A stretch of DNA of 64,000 bases from an uncultured Candidatus Saccharibacteria bacterium (GTDB taxonomy: Bacteria > Patescibacteriota > Doudnabacteria > UBA920). Below are positions 18,675 through 28,403 of the stretch, in pieces. Under the pieces are notes generated by a model. It saw nothing but the letters and a program-made list of their open reading frames with translations. It did no database searches and had not been told where the DNA came from. The position numbers and the translations under genes are program-made. Every line of letters starts with the position of its first letter. The stretch's first letter is position 1. The stretch is taken from positions 76,961-140,960 of the forward strand of contig CAZHYL010000001.1 in NCBI GenBank assembly GCA_964536745.1. The letters run 5' to 3'.

Positions 18675-19571
18675 TTATTTCTTTTTGCGTTGTTTTAAGT
18701 CTTCTAATTTTGCTTGAATCTCTTCTTCTTGTTTTGACTTAATCGTTTCATCTATATCGACATTGGTTCCTTGATCGAAAACCAGACCACGCCTTGGTTG
18801 GGCTTTCAAATCCAAATCTTTTGCTAACGGAATCTTGAAATCAGAAACCGTTCGCTCTTGCTTCTGAGGAACTATTGGGGGTAAAGGCCCTTCAGCAACA
18901 GAAGTCACATCTTCTTCATCTATTCCCGAAAAAGCCATATTTATATCTAATTCAGAAATTTGCTCTGGGACATCTTTAGGATCTACAACCTCTGGCAACA
19001 TTTCCCACATCAAGACATTTCTATCACAAAAATTGTACAACTTAAATATGGATTGAAGTATGAACTTCTGATATGGATCTAAATTTTTTACATTTTCACC
19101 ATCATTAAAATATTTAACTAGACCTAAAGCATCGCTACCCAAACCTTTTGATGAGGCAAAAGATAGATAATCACTTAGCCAACTAGAAATAACAGGCGCG
19201 CCCTTTTTAGAAGAAACAACAATTTCTTTTCCTCCCACCGGTTCATTATTGGTGCTGATTATATTTTTAACCTGTTTACATAACTCGACCTCATCCGGAA
19301 TGAAATTATACTGTGCCAAATACTCCTCAAACTGCTCAGCTAAATCAAACCCTTCTATCTCATAAGCGAGTAGTAAAGATTGCTTCATTAAGCTAGCAAG
19401 TTGTGTCGCGGATAAGCTATTCATTCTAATATAGCTTAACTGAATCTTTAACTCATTAGTTAAGGGTTGTCCTGTTTCATCTACTCCAGCAGTCAACACC
19501 TTGATCGCTAAGTACTGATCCTTTGTATTAAGAATATCTTGCAGCTTTATAATTTGATTTTGAGCGCTCAT
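18675..19571 (-). CDS. Hypothetical protein
   Basis: 298-aa ORF overlapping the stop of the virB6-like gene. Confidence 0.75.
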   Translation of the reverse strand: MSAQNQIIKLQDILNTKDQYLAIKVLTAGVDETGQPLTNELKIQLSYIRMNSLSATQLASLMKQSLLLAYEIEGFDLAEQFEEYLAQYNFIPDEVELCKQVKNIISTNNEPVGGKEIVVSSKKGAPVISSWLSDYLSFASSKGLGSDALGLVKYFNDGENVKNLDPYQKFILQSIFKLYNFCDRNVLMWEMLPEVVDPKDVPEQISELDINMAFSGIDEEDVTSVAEGPLPPIVPQKQERTVSDFKIPLAKDLDLKAQPRRGLVFDQGTNVDIDETIKSKQEEEIQAKLEDLKQRKKK

Positions 19572-22500
19572 ATTTTACCTCTTGCTTTGCCTAAGGAAGC
19601 GACAACGTCACCACCTAAACCTGTTAACGCACCAGCAGCATGCTTCTTTAATATTTCTGCAGCTGTGTAAGAACTCATCCTACTCTCCAGCTGTGCCAAA
19701 GCTTTTTTGTTACCTGAAAGCTTTTTAAGTTCTTCGACCTCGCCAGAAATGAATTCATTGTCACCACTTTCATTTTCGTAAAAGATTTCGTTTGGCTTCT
19801 TTTCCCAAACTTTTTTCTTTCCAGCGGTTTTAGATAACTTCTCCATCTGTTCTGAGCGGGAATTCCAATTCACCACACCCTGTGAATTAATATTTGTAGC
19901 TTTACCTAATGCCCGATTACCATTTTGCATATTTAAATTGGACAACTCGCTTGCCATTTGATTCCTGACAACAACTGGGACTCTACCAAATTTATCCGAC
20001 ATGAATTTTTTAAACCCATCGATATTATTCTTAAACCCATGCTCCGAAAGTAGATCTTTAAATCCTCCTTCTTTCGCGATTTTCTTGGCAATTGCCGAAG
20101 CTTGAGCTAGATTATTATTTTTCATGGCATTGTTAAACGCAGCTCTTAATGAGTCGACATCATCAACGCCTTCAAACTTTTTACCTTCTTCATGCTCACT
20201 CGCAAGTCTATCTGTTTGCTGTTGCTGACTTGCTGGGAATTGACGTTCTGCAACAATTTTCTCCATCCCAGCAAGTACTGTTGCTCGATCATTCGCATCC
20301 CACTTACTAACACCTAAATCAGTCCTTAAGTTATCATCCGCTGTTAGATCGCCTTGTAACTTGTCTATATCTGCTTGGATTACCTCAGCGTTAATCTCTA
20401 GAGCCTTATCCGCTTCCAGTACTGATGGCATAACCACAGCAGTAGACGGGACTGCCGTCGCCGGTAAAGCCTTAAGTATATTATCAATATTTTCTTTCGA
20501 AGTTTCGAGTGGGTTTCTTCGCGACTCATAGCCAGCCCGAATACTATCTATTTCAGTCTGTAGTTCTGTACCCCTTTGATTATTACCAGCTGCCAAAGCC
20601 TTAGCTCTTTGTTCATTCAACGGTGCTAGTTCTGTTTCTTCTGCCTTGTTTAATTCGTTAATATCCTCACCTAGACGTTTTTGATACACTTCTGCTTGTG
20701 CTTTGGTAATCTGATCACTGCCCAATCTTCGATAACTCGCGATGTCCGATAAGTCTGTCCTGCCTTGAGAAATTTTATCGCCGTTCTGAATCCTTTCATC
20801 ATCTGTTAACAGGCCTGCAAATCTATCTGACCTCCTCTGGACAGCTTTTGCACTATTACCTGTTAATTTCCAGGCTAACATTTTTGCTGCCTGTACCTTA
20901 TTTAGACCAGCCTGCTTGGCATAATCATCAAGTGGCTTTCTGGCTTTTTCTAAACGCTCCATTTGTGCTTTCTTTGGCTCAGACCACAAGCGATCCTTCA
21001 ATTTCTTACCCGTAATCATTGGTTGAGCGAGGGCAGACACACCAGCCGCCAATCGTGGATTATTCTCTTTTAGTCTATTAGATATCGAGTCTGCTGCATT
21101 ATCTTTAGCCCACATTCCAAGAGCTTTTGGACCTTTCCTAGTTGTCCAGTCCATACCCTTCTTAGCAAAGTCAACTACTTGTTTCGCGCCAGCGCCACCA
21201 AATGAAAGAGCAAACTTCATACCAATAAACAAGAACAACAAAACAATGAAATGAGAAATCACTGTTAATGCAAACTCGGTTAACTCTCCTGCGAACGTAC
21301 CTGTAGATTTAATCACATCTCCCATTCTTCCAGAGAAAGTAACTGCTACAAGAGCTGTAATATTTAAAAAGAAGGCAAGAATAGGTACTGTGAATGCATA
21401 CTTCAAAAAGTGACTCCACCACTGATTAGCATAAGTTCTTGTTTCTGGCAGGATCCTTCCAACATAAGCCAGAGGCGACAGCATATACAATACCCACAGA
21501 GCTACCAGCCGAATAAACATAAAAGCGATTAAAGCAACGAATGACCAAAACGCAGCCCCTGCAAGCACCCACAAAGCGATCGGTTTGAATAAATCACTGG
21601 CACTACCATCCACAGTAAAGGTATTCCCACTATCAGTTACACTATACTCGCCACTCCTAAAAGTTTTGATTGGATCTACCATTAACTTTTGCCCAAGAGC
21701 TTCTACAACTTTACTCTTAGCGGGTAAAAATTGAGACTGAACTGTGTCTGCGATACCAACAATACCTTGACCAATCACCAAACTAAAGTTAACTAACAAT
21801 GCCATTAACACTAAAGTGACAATAAACCCACGAGACTTTGAAGCATCTTCTTGCTGGAATAGAATTCTAAGTCCCATAACCAGCAGAGCGATAATGAAAG
21901 CAATATTGGAAATATTTCTAATAATAACCCAGCCTGGATAAATTACATTTACAAACTCGTCTCTGTATGGCTGAATTTTTAACAGTGCGTTCAATACAGG
22001 AACCAAAATGTACGCAAAAATATAGTACATTATGGACGTCATCAATAGAATTATGTACGCGATTACTTTTCGAAGAAAAGCAAATAGATTACTTGCAATT
22101 CCACCGTCTTGAAGCTCTGAACTCTTGGCCTCTGCTGTGACAGTATCCGCAAATCCATATTTCGCAAAGTTTGGATCAGAGTCACACTTACTCTTTTGAT
22201 CTTCTGGAACATCCGCCTTACAAGCTGTTTTAATCTCGTCTAGAGTACGATAAACCTCAACAGTAAACTTAGCTTCGCTATTATATAAAACATATACATT
22301 GGTATTTTGACCAATCCCTACTTTTGCAGAAAAACCTTTTATAAAAGCAACAACCTTAAACTCATTAGTAGCGATGGGTTTACCTGCTTCAGCTTTATCA
22401 TTCCTATTACGAAGCCAAGCAGAACTATTTAAGACAGGGCTAAACTGATCTGGTAAGGGTTTTTCCGTACCGTTACCGTTAGTCAAACCTTTATCTGATT

Positions 22501-23587
22501 CAAAAAATGCTTTCGAACAATCGGTACTAAAATAGGCTGGGGCGCAAGACTCTAAATTTTTAACCGGAGTATCAGCATAATTAAACCCTAAATTTGAACC
22601 CTTATATGCAGGTTCTAAATCATAATTGAACCAAGAATTATCCTTTTTTGGTAATGTAAAAGTATCGTTGACAGTCAATTGCAAAGCAGGATCTTCGGAT
22701 GTCCACTTCATGTAGATCGGATCCGGTCCATTATTCCCGCTAAAGGTCATGGAGTTATCTGAAAGCAATACTCTGTATTTTGAACGCAAACCTTTTCCCG
22801 CACTGTTTGCAGTTACAGTCATCCCAATTTTTGTATAATCAACCCCCGTCTTAGCACCGGTACCAACAGGCCCCCCTGCTGTTACGCCATCGGGTAGTGG
22901 TGGAAGTTGAGTTGGCTGGTCACCCTGTATAGCTTGATCACTATAAGAAATGCCAAGAATTCCCGGGAACTTATAGGAAGTCCAAGATTGTCCGTAATAT
23001 ACATATACAGAAGTGTTAATCAAACAAGGCTGCTTATCACAAACTGTTGAATTTGAAGTGGGAGCATTAGGGAAAAACGACTTCACTGTAGCAGGAACCC
23101 TTGCCGCATAGCCATACTCAGTGATTTTAGTCTTATCTGATGAATCTGCCACAGTATAAAACTGGGCTGGAACTTCCAGTGGTTTATCAGATTTTACAGT
23201 CCTTGTTACTACGTCACCCCTTGCTGATAAAGTCTGTATAGTTGCATAAGCGTAAATATAAAAATTATGCTTTTGTTTGTTATCTTTACAATACTTTGCA
23301 AGCTCTAATGTATAAGAGTCTTTTATATCAAAAGCAACAGCAAACTGAATATTAAACTGTTCATTCCAATTCAATTTCTTTCTGTCAGAGATAGGTCCAG
23401 TGGGAATGGATTTCCAACCGCTACTATCTAATTCACAAGAAGAAACAGCAGCATTAACCGTAGGGGTAATGGCAAAAACAGGCATAAACAAAGAAGCTAT
23501 GATAACACTTAACAGTGCTACCATGCTTCTTTTCTTCAAATTTTGAGTCAGAAATTTAAATAATTTTGATATTGGTTTCAAAGCCAC
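19568..23587 (-). CDS. Extended VirB6/TrbL-like polytopic membrane protein
   Basis: Signal peptide, ~450-aa extracellular domain, TM core (GW..IRNISN, ALLVNFS, IRLVALW.L..LSPLA, W.QWW..F), charged coiled-coil C-terminus. Confidence 0.8.
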   Translation of the reverse strand: MALKPISKLFKFLTQNLKKRSMVALLSVIIASLFMPVFAITPTVNAAVSSCELDSSGWKSIPTGPISDRKKLNWNEQFNIQFAVAFDIKDSYTLELAKYCKDNKQKHNFYIYAYATIQTLSARGDVVTRTVKSDKPLEVPAQFYTVADSSDKTKITEYGYAARVPATVKSFFPNAPTSNSTVCDKQPCLINTSVYVYYGQSWTSYKFPGILGISYSDQAIQGDQPTQLPPLPDGVTAGGPVGTGAKTGVDYTKIGMTVTANSAGKGLRSKYRVLLSDNSMTFSGNNGPDPIYMKWTSEDPALQLTVNDTFTLPKKDNSWFNYDLEPAYKGSNLGFNYADTPVKNLESCAPAYFSTDCSKAFFESDKGLTNGNGTEKPLPDQFSPVLNSSAWLRNRNDKAEAGKPIATNEFKVVAFIKGFSAKVGIGQNTNVYVLYNSEAKFTVEVYRTLDEIKTACKADVPEDQKSKCDSDPNFAKYGFADTVTAEAKSSELQDGGIASNLFAFLRKVIAYIILLMTSIMYYIFAYILVPVLNALLKIQPYRDEFVNVIYPGWVIIRNISNIAFIIALLVMGLRILFQQEDASKSRGFIVTLVLMALLVNFSLVIGQGIVGIADTVQSQFLPAKSKVVEALGQKLMVDPIKTFRSGEYSVTDSGNTFTVDGSASDLFKPIALWVLAGAAFWSFVALIAFMFIRLVALWVLYMLSPLAYVGRILPETRTYANQWWSHFLKYAFTVPILAFFLNITALVAVTFSGRMGDVIKSTGTFAGELTEFALTVISHFIVLLFLFIGMKFALSFGGAGAKQVVDFAKKGMDWTTRKGPKALGMWAKDNAADSISNRLKENNPRLAAGVSALAQPMITGKKLKDRLWSEPKKAQMERLEKARKPLDDYAKQAGLNKVQAAKMLAWKLTGNSAKAVQRRSDRFAGLLTDDERIQNGDKISQGRTDLSDIASYRRLGSDQITKAQAEVYQKRLGEDINELNKAEETELAPLNEQRAKALAAGNNQRGTELQTEIDSIRAGYESRRNPLETSKENIDNILKALPATAVPSTAVVMPSVLEADKALEINAEVIQADIDKLQGDLTADDNLRTDLGVSKWDANDRATVLAGMEKIVAERQFPASQQQQTDRLASEHEEGKKFEGVDDVDSLRAAFNNAMKNNNLAQASAIAKKIAKEGGFKDLLSEHGFKNNIDGFKKFMSDKFGRVPVVVRNQMASELSNLNMQNGNRALGKATNINSQGVVNWNSRSEQMEKLSKTAGKKKVWEKKPNEIFYENESGDNEFISGEVEELKKLSGNKKALAQLESRMSSYTAAEILKKHAAGALTGLGGDVVASLGKARGKI

Positions 23588-23671
23588 AATCGTGAAAATA
23601 ATGAGCTATTTTTCTCTCAATCTTTAAAATAATTATACCACACCGACCCAAATTTTCCCAAATAATTTTAA

Positions 23672-23698
23672 AAGGCAATCCCGTGACAGGATTGCCTT
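23672..23698 (-). terminator. Terminator between accessory operon and virB6-like gene
   Basis: AAGGCAATCC-CGTGACA-GGATTGCCTT. Confidence 0.7.
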
Positions 23699-23709
23699 CA
23701 AAATTCTTG

Positions 23710-24846
23710 CTATTGAGCCAGACAGTCTTGGATTCCGATAGACGAATCTAGACCGAATATACATTCTGTGATCGTACTTATGGATTCAGTGGCCTTCTGT
23801 CTACCAAGGTTTGTATAATTTTGTGCTTGTGTCTGTGTAGTATTGTACTGACTATCACACTGACTCACACTATCAGCGAATACATCTCCTTCTTGAGGTG
23901 AACTTGTTTGTGATGGAGAAATAATTGGAGGTGAAGTTGTGGCTTGCTTATTTGTGATACACCCCAAATAACTTTGTGGTTGGTATGTTGTTGAAGGATT
24001 AGTTCCTCCTCCAGTGTCTGTTCCTGGATCTAATACATCAGATAATCCCGGTACTGCAGATAAATTGTCTATCGAAACATTTAGCACCCGACCCGGCCTT
24101 CCTTGGCCATCCCATACTCCAGATAATCTAGAAACCTCTGTGAACAAATCATTGCATTCTGGATTAGATGGAGTAGAAGAACAATACTCCACACAACTCT
24201 TCGCATCACTACAACCCGCTGGTGCATTACCAGCGTAAATTAAATTATTCAAGCTGCCGATAATATTATTTTCCAAACCACTGATCGCACCGACTCCATA
24301 GTTAAACGATTTATCCTTACTTACATCTTGAGCTCCAAGAACTCTAGAACCTTGCTCTAAGCCAAGTGCCAAAACAGCACATTCTTGTTCGGAAGATTTT
24401 TGATCACACAGCTCTGCGCAACTGTTCAACCCATCACAGGTTGCAAAATAACCTGCTTGTAAATAACTAGAAAAAGTTAGGGTCTTTTTTAATTGCTCCG
24501 CTGTCATACTTCCGTTACGGAAACTAACTAGTGCGCAAATTTCTAAGTTGTTTGAATCTTCACAAAATTCAAAACAAGATTTTTGATCCATACAATTTCC
24601 AAGTTGTGCAATCGGATAAACAAAACCTCGAGGAAAAAATGGAATACTCACATTCTGCCCAAGAACATTACCTGAAGATTTAGAAAGAGTTGGTGAGCTC
24701 AACTGTTGGCTAATACGCTGGGTTAGTTCTAATTTTGTTGTCGCCGCAGTTGCAAAATTCTGTGACACTAAGAAAAGACCTAGCAGCATTACAGCTACCA
24801 GAGTATATGAATAAAGATACTTTTTAATTTGCGAATGGGTTAACAT
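23710..24846 (-). CDS. Exported cysteine-repeat protein
   Basis: Signal/TM and three C-x5-C-x3-C-x8-C repeats. Confidence 0.75.
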   Translation of the reverse strand: MLTHSQIKKYLYSYTLVAVMLLGLFLVSQNFATAATTKLELTQRISQQLSSPTLSKSSGNVLGQNVSIPFFPRGFVYPIAQLGNCMDQKSCFEFCEDSNNLEICALVSFRNGSMTAEQLKKTLTFSSYLQAGYFATCDGLNSCAELCDQKSSEQECAVLALGLEQGSRVLGAQDVSKDKSFNYGVGAISGLENNIIGSLNNLIYAGNAPAGCSDAKSCVEYCSSTPSNPECNDLFTEVSRLSGVWDGQGRPGRVLNVSIDNLSAVPGLSDVLDPGTDTGGGTNPSTTYQPQSYLGCITNKQATTSPPIISPSQTSSPQEGDVFADSVSQCDSQYNTTQTQAQNYTNLGRQKATESISTITECIFGLDSSIGIQDCLAQ

Positions 24847-25078
24847 AAATATCTTTTAAAGGGTTAGCTTGAGTGCTACTTTCAGACTCACCTAGCACCT
24901 CGCCAGCAGACGGTAATTCTGCAGGATTCTCTGTTGGAGCTGAGCTTAAATCGATGTTTGTTGGTTTTGGTAATTCTGCTGAAAAAATTCCACCCCTAAC
25001 AAATAAGGCATAATATACTCCAAAGACCAGTAAAACTACCCCTATTAATAAAGCTATATTTTTTAAGTTAAAAGTCAT
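24824..25078 (-). CDS. Small single-TM hypothetical protein
   Basis: N-terminal TM, acidic tail ending NPF. Confidence 0.65.
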   Translation of the reverse strand: MTFNLKNIALLIGVVLLVFGVYYALFVRGGIFSAELPKPTNIDLSSAPTENPAELPSAGEVLGESESSTQANPLKDIYVNPFAN

Positions 25079-25080
25079 TA

Positions 25081-27039
25081 CTAGAATCCTCCCCCATAGT
25101 AACCTCTCGGTGAGTTATATGGTATTACCCTAAGTGTTGTAGTCGCACCGTTTACAGCAGGGGATGGACTAGGCGCAGAATGCTGAGCAGTATTAACTGT
25201 TATATTGCTATTAGTAATTGGAATTGTTCCACTCGTTGGATTGGTCTTCTTTGGCGGTGTTTTTAAAGCTTGGCTAAATATTGTCTCTAAGAACGATTTA
25301 CCTGTTTCGGTTAACACAGAAGGGGTTTTACTTGGATTCAAAATAATTCCACCAAGTACCTTGCTCATAAGGTTTTCTGCATTCTTTGAAGCTTGTTGTG
25401 GATTGTCTTGGTTGTAACGAATTTGCTCGCCAACCATTTCTTGTGTAATTCCTTCGATGACACCCTTAGATAAACTTCCTGCATCATTAATTGAACTACA
25501 CTGCTCTGTAATACCACCATCAACTTTCGTAACGACATCTTTCATATTGTCTATCGCAGCCTTTGTTTCATTAACTGCTGGAATATATTCTGAATGAGCC
25601 ATCTCGTGCTGTGCTTCGTACTGTTTTTGAGTCTGAGAAGCTTCTAAATATTTTTTGGCTGCTTCGTATGCATCAGTAATTTTTTGCTTATCGGCTTCTT
25701 CGACTGGTTTACAAGTTCGTGTGCTTAAGAATCCTGCACCATTATTCACTTCTAATTTTGCAGATTCACGGCTAGCAGCCATTAGTTTTCCAAACTCTTC
25801 TTGGTACTGACTAAATACAATAGAAGAGTCGCACTCATTAGACATAACTCCACTTATTTTTCTGAAGACTCTTTCGTCATTCCAGTTTTCTAGCTCATAC
25901 ATCTGATAACATTTATCATAGAGCTCGGTTTCCACTAATGCCTTAGCTGTATCCAATGCTTGCTTTTTTGCGGTTTCGTCTGTAGCAAGCTCTGCGTTCA
26001 AGAATGAAGTCATAATTAGTTGCTTTTGCTTGTTCCCATCATAATTCTTTTTAATCATTGCCGGTGCATAGACTTGCTTTGCAAGCGCATCTACAATTTT
26101 TTCATAATTCTGAACAGTGAGTTTTGGTTTCACTTCATTTATTGCTTCGGTTGTCTTTTGTTCTGTAACATCTACAGCAACTGATGCCGCGATAGCTTTA
26201 AAAATATCTTGCTTAGCTTTATTTAACTGTTGTTCCAAACTTGCAACATGCCCATTGATAGCACTCATTCTTGGTTCTATTTCAGCCAAAGTATCTACAT
26301 ATGCTTCTTTTAATTGTTCGTTCCAAGCCGCAATCACTAAAGTCTGTTTTAATGTCTGCTGAACTGTCTTGTAGCAAACTTGGCGATATTTAAGAATTCC
26401 CAATTTCTTTGTGATATACAATGTTAAATTAGCTTTGGTTTGATCGCCTAATGTTAACAAACTAGTGGAAAGTTTTTCATTGTTGGTAGCTCTTGGAGCT
26501 TTGGTTGGAATTTGATTTGCCGCTTCGTGAATAATAGTTTGGTTACTTGCAACAGTCGTTGAATCCCCTGCTACATCGCTATTACCAGAGCCTCCCCCTG
26601 TATTGCCACTGCCATTATCGTACCCATCTGGAACATTATAGTTATCTGGAATTACAAGTCTATCATCTAACTCTTCAATGTTTACTCCATCCGAGCCATT
26701 GTTGCTTGTTAAATCATTAAGAGTACTAATAGCCGATAAGTCACCTCCGAGAACATCACAAGTCGACGTAGCTATTCCTAAACCTCGTCTTACTGGACCA
26801 TACTGAACAGGTAAGCCTTCAACAAATTGTTTTACAGTTTGCAATGATGCCTGCACAGTGTTCATCGCTGAATCAATTCCAAGCAACGCACCCTGAATTG
26901 CGTGACCAACAACCTGAATCCCTGCATTGAGCCAATCAAACCCCCACAACGCATCACTGTTCTTTGGTTGAAAAACTACAGTAGCGCTTAGGACTAAACA
27001 GATTGCAATAATTATTTTTTTAAATCTAAATAATTTCAT
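25081..27039 (-). CDS. Secreted helical hypothetical protein (possible VirB5-like/T4SS accessory)
   Basis: Signal peptide ending SDA, long predicted helical/coiled-coil body with paired Cys. Confidence 0.65.
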   Translation of the reverse strand: MKLFRFKKIIIAICLVLSATVVFQPKNSDALWGFDWLNAGIQVVGHAIQGALLGIDSAMNTVQASLQTVKQFVEGLPVQYGPVRRGLGIATSTCDVLGGDLSAISTLNDLTSNNGSDGVNIEELDDRLVIPDNYNVPDGYDNGSGNTGGGSGNSDVAGDSTTVASNQTIIHEAANQIPTKAPRATNNEKLSTSLLTLGDQTKANLTLYITKKLGILKYRQVCYKTVQQTLKQTLVIAAWNEQLKEAYVDTLAEIEPRMSAINGHVASLEQQLNKAKQDIFKAIAASVAVDVTEQKTTEAINEVKPKLTVQNYEKIVDALAKQVYAPAMIKKNYDGNKQKQLIMTSFLNAELATDETAKKQALDTAKALVETELYDKCYQMYELENWNDERVFRKISGVMSNECDSSIVFSQYQEEFGKLMAASRESAKLEVNNGAGFLSTRTCKPVEEADKQKITDAYEAAKKYLEASQTQKQYEAQHEMAHSEYIPAVNETKAAIDNMKDVVTKVDGGITEQCSSINDAGSLSKGVIEGITQEMVGEQIRYNQDNPQQASKNAENLMSKVLGGIILNPSKTPSVLTETGKSFLETIFSQALKTPPKKTNPTSGTIPITNSNITVNTAQHSAPSPSPAVNGATTTLRVIPYNSPRGYYGGGF

Positions 27040-27773
27040 AAGTCGTAATTATACTTACGAATCAAATCCATACGTTCCGATTCCATTGCATTTGTAATTT
27101 CAAAAAATAAAACTCCAGCCGCTGCGCGGTCCTTAGAGCTTTGATTATGAGCGATGGTATCCAGCATGTTTAAAACTACACCGTACTGCATCAATTTTAA
27201 TCTGTGAAATCGAACAAGAGGTTTTGGAACAGCAAGTGTTTTTAATTCACTAACAATTCTTTCGGCAACTGGAATAGCTTCAGCTGCTGCAGTAGAATCT
27301 TTGGTGCTTAACACACTCAGAACAATTACCGATCCATAGTAGTCTTCAATCAAAGTGGATTGATCTACATATGACTCGATTGAAAACTCATCTACATCTA
27401 CTGCGTTAACAGGAATAGTTTGTAAATTGTCGTCGCTTAAAATATGGCTTATACTTTGTTCAGCCTCTGTAGATAAACCTAGAACCGAACCCTCTGAAAA
27501 GGCAGGATCGATTAAAGCAGATAGATTATTTTTTTCTTCAACTAAATTATCAATTCCAGTGGAAGAGACTGGTGGTAAGTTTACCTCATCTATCGATTTC
27601 ACTTCTGTTGTATCGTTCGCTTGAAGAAACTTAAGTCCGGTTAAGTTACCAAGTAATAAAGGTTCCCTTGCAAAAGTAAGTCCAATTGTGACGATAACAA
27701 AAAATCCAATAAGTCCATAATGACCTAAAGTAAATCCGAGCGATTCAAACTTCCCAAATAGTTTTTGTTTCAT
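27036..27773 (-). CDS. Hypothetical single-TM protein
   Basis: N-terminal TM; C-terminal L..L.VP......H motif; first gene of a four-gene coupled operon. Confidence 0.7.
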   Translation of the reverse strand: MKQKLFGKFESLGFTLGHYGLIGFFVIVTIGLTFAREPLLLGNLTGLKFLQANDTTEVKSIDEVNLPPVSSTGIDNLVEEKNNLSALIDPAFSEGSVLGLSTEAEQSISHILSDDNLQTIPVNAVDVDEFSIESYVDQSTLIEDYYGSVIVLSVLSTKDSTAAAEAIPVAERIVSELKTLAVPKPLVRFHRLKLMQYGVVLNMLDTIAHNQSSKDRAAAGVLFFEITNAMESERMDLIRKYNYDL

Positions 27774-27920
27774 TTTCTAGATCTGCTATCATCGCAAATC
27801 TTCCTAAAACATAATGTTTGAGGAAGATTTTAGAAAAAATTAAATTGTTTTTTGATTTTTGTTTCGAAAACTCTTAACTTGTACTATAATTATAGCAGAA
27901 ATTAAGAAAATTTGCAAGTC

Positions 27921-28370
27921 ATGAAACGTTCATTCATTGCCATTCTAATTTTAGTTCCCCTACTGCTTTTTGTTAGCTGTGTTTCGTTAAAAAACAGTGG
28001 CAATTACGATCATACTATTTCAGTAGATGGTAAAAACTTATTAGTTGAAATTGTAAACACCGACGATAGCAGGAGCAAAGGACTATCTGGGAGATCTAGT
28101 CTCACAGAAGAACAAGGCATGTTGTTTGATTTCACAAATTCTGAATTCCGTAGGCCAGGGTTTTGGATGAAAGATATGAAATTTGACATAGACATCATTT
28201 GGATTAACAATAATGAAATTGTTGGCATCACAGATAATGTTCCCGCAACCTATAACAATGTTAACCTACCGTCGTACTACCCACCATCGGACATAACTCA
28301 TGTACTGGAAGTAAATTCTGGTTGGGCAGAAAGAAACAATGTGAATGTTGGTGACAAAGTTAACTTCTGA
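27921..28370 (+). CDS. DUF192 family protein (possible lipoprotein)
   Basis: GLSGR, GMLF, FWMKDMKFDIDIIWI, VLEVNSG motifs. Confidence 0.9.
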   Translation: MKRSFIAILILVPLLLFVSCVSLKNSGNYDHTISVDGKNLLVEIVNTDDSRSKGLSGRSSLTEEQGMLFDFTNSEFRRPGFWMKDMKFDIDIIWINNNEIVGITDNVPATYNNVNLPSYYPPSDITHVLEVNSGWAERNNVNVGDKVNF

Positions 28371-28373
28371 ATA

Positions 28374-28400
28374 AAAGAGAGTCTAACCAAGACTCTCTTT
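28374..28400. terminator. Bidirectional terminator DUF192/rsmA
   Basis: AAAGAGAGTCT-AACCA-AGACTCTCTTT. Confidence 0.75.
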
Positions 28401-28403
28401 AAA

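Noticed and set aside
12312-27773. Integrative conjugative element or prophage
   Set aside because: No integrase, relaxase, att repeats or phage structural genes; flanked by core genes with similar base composition
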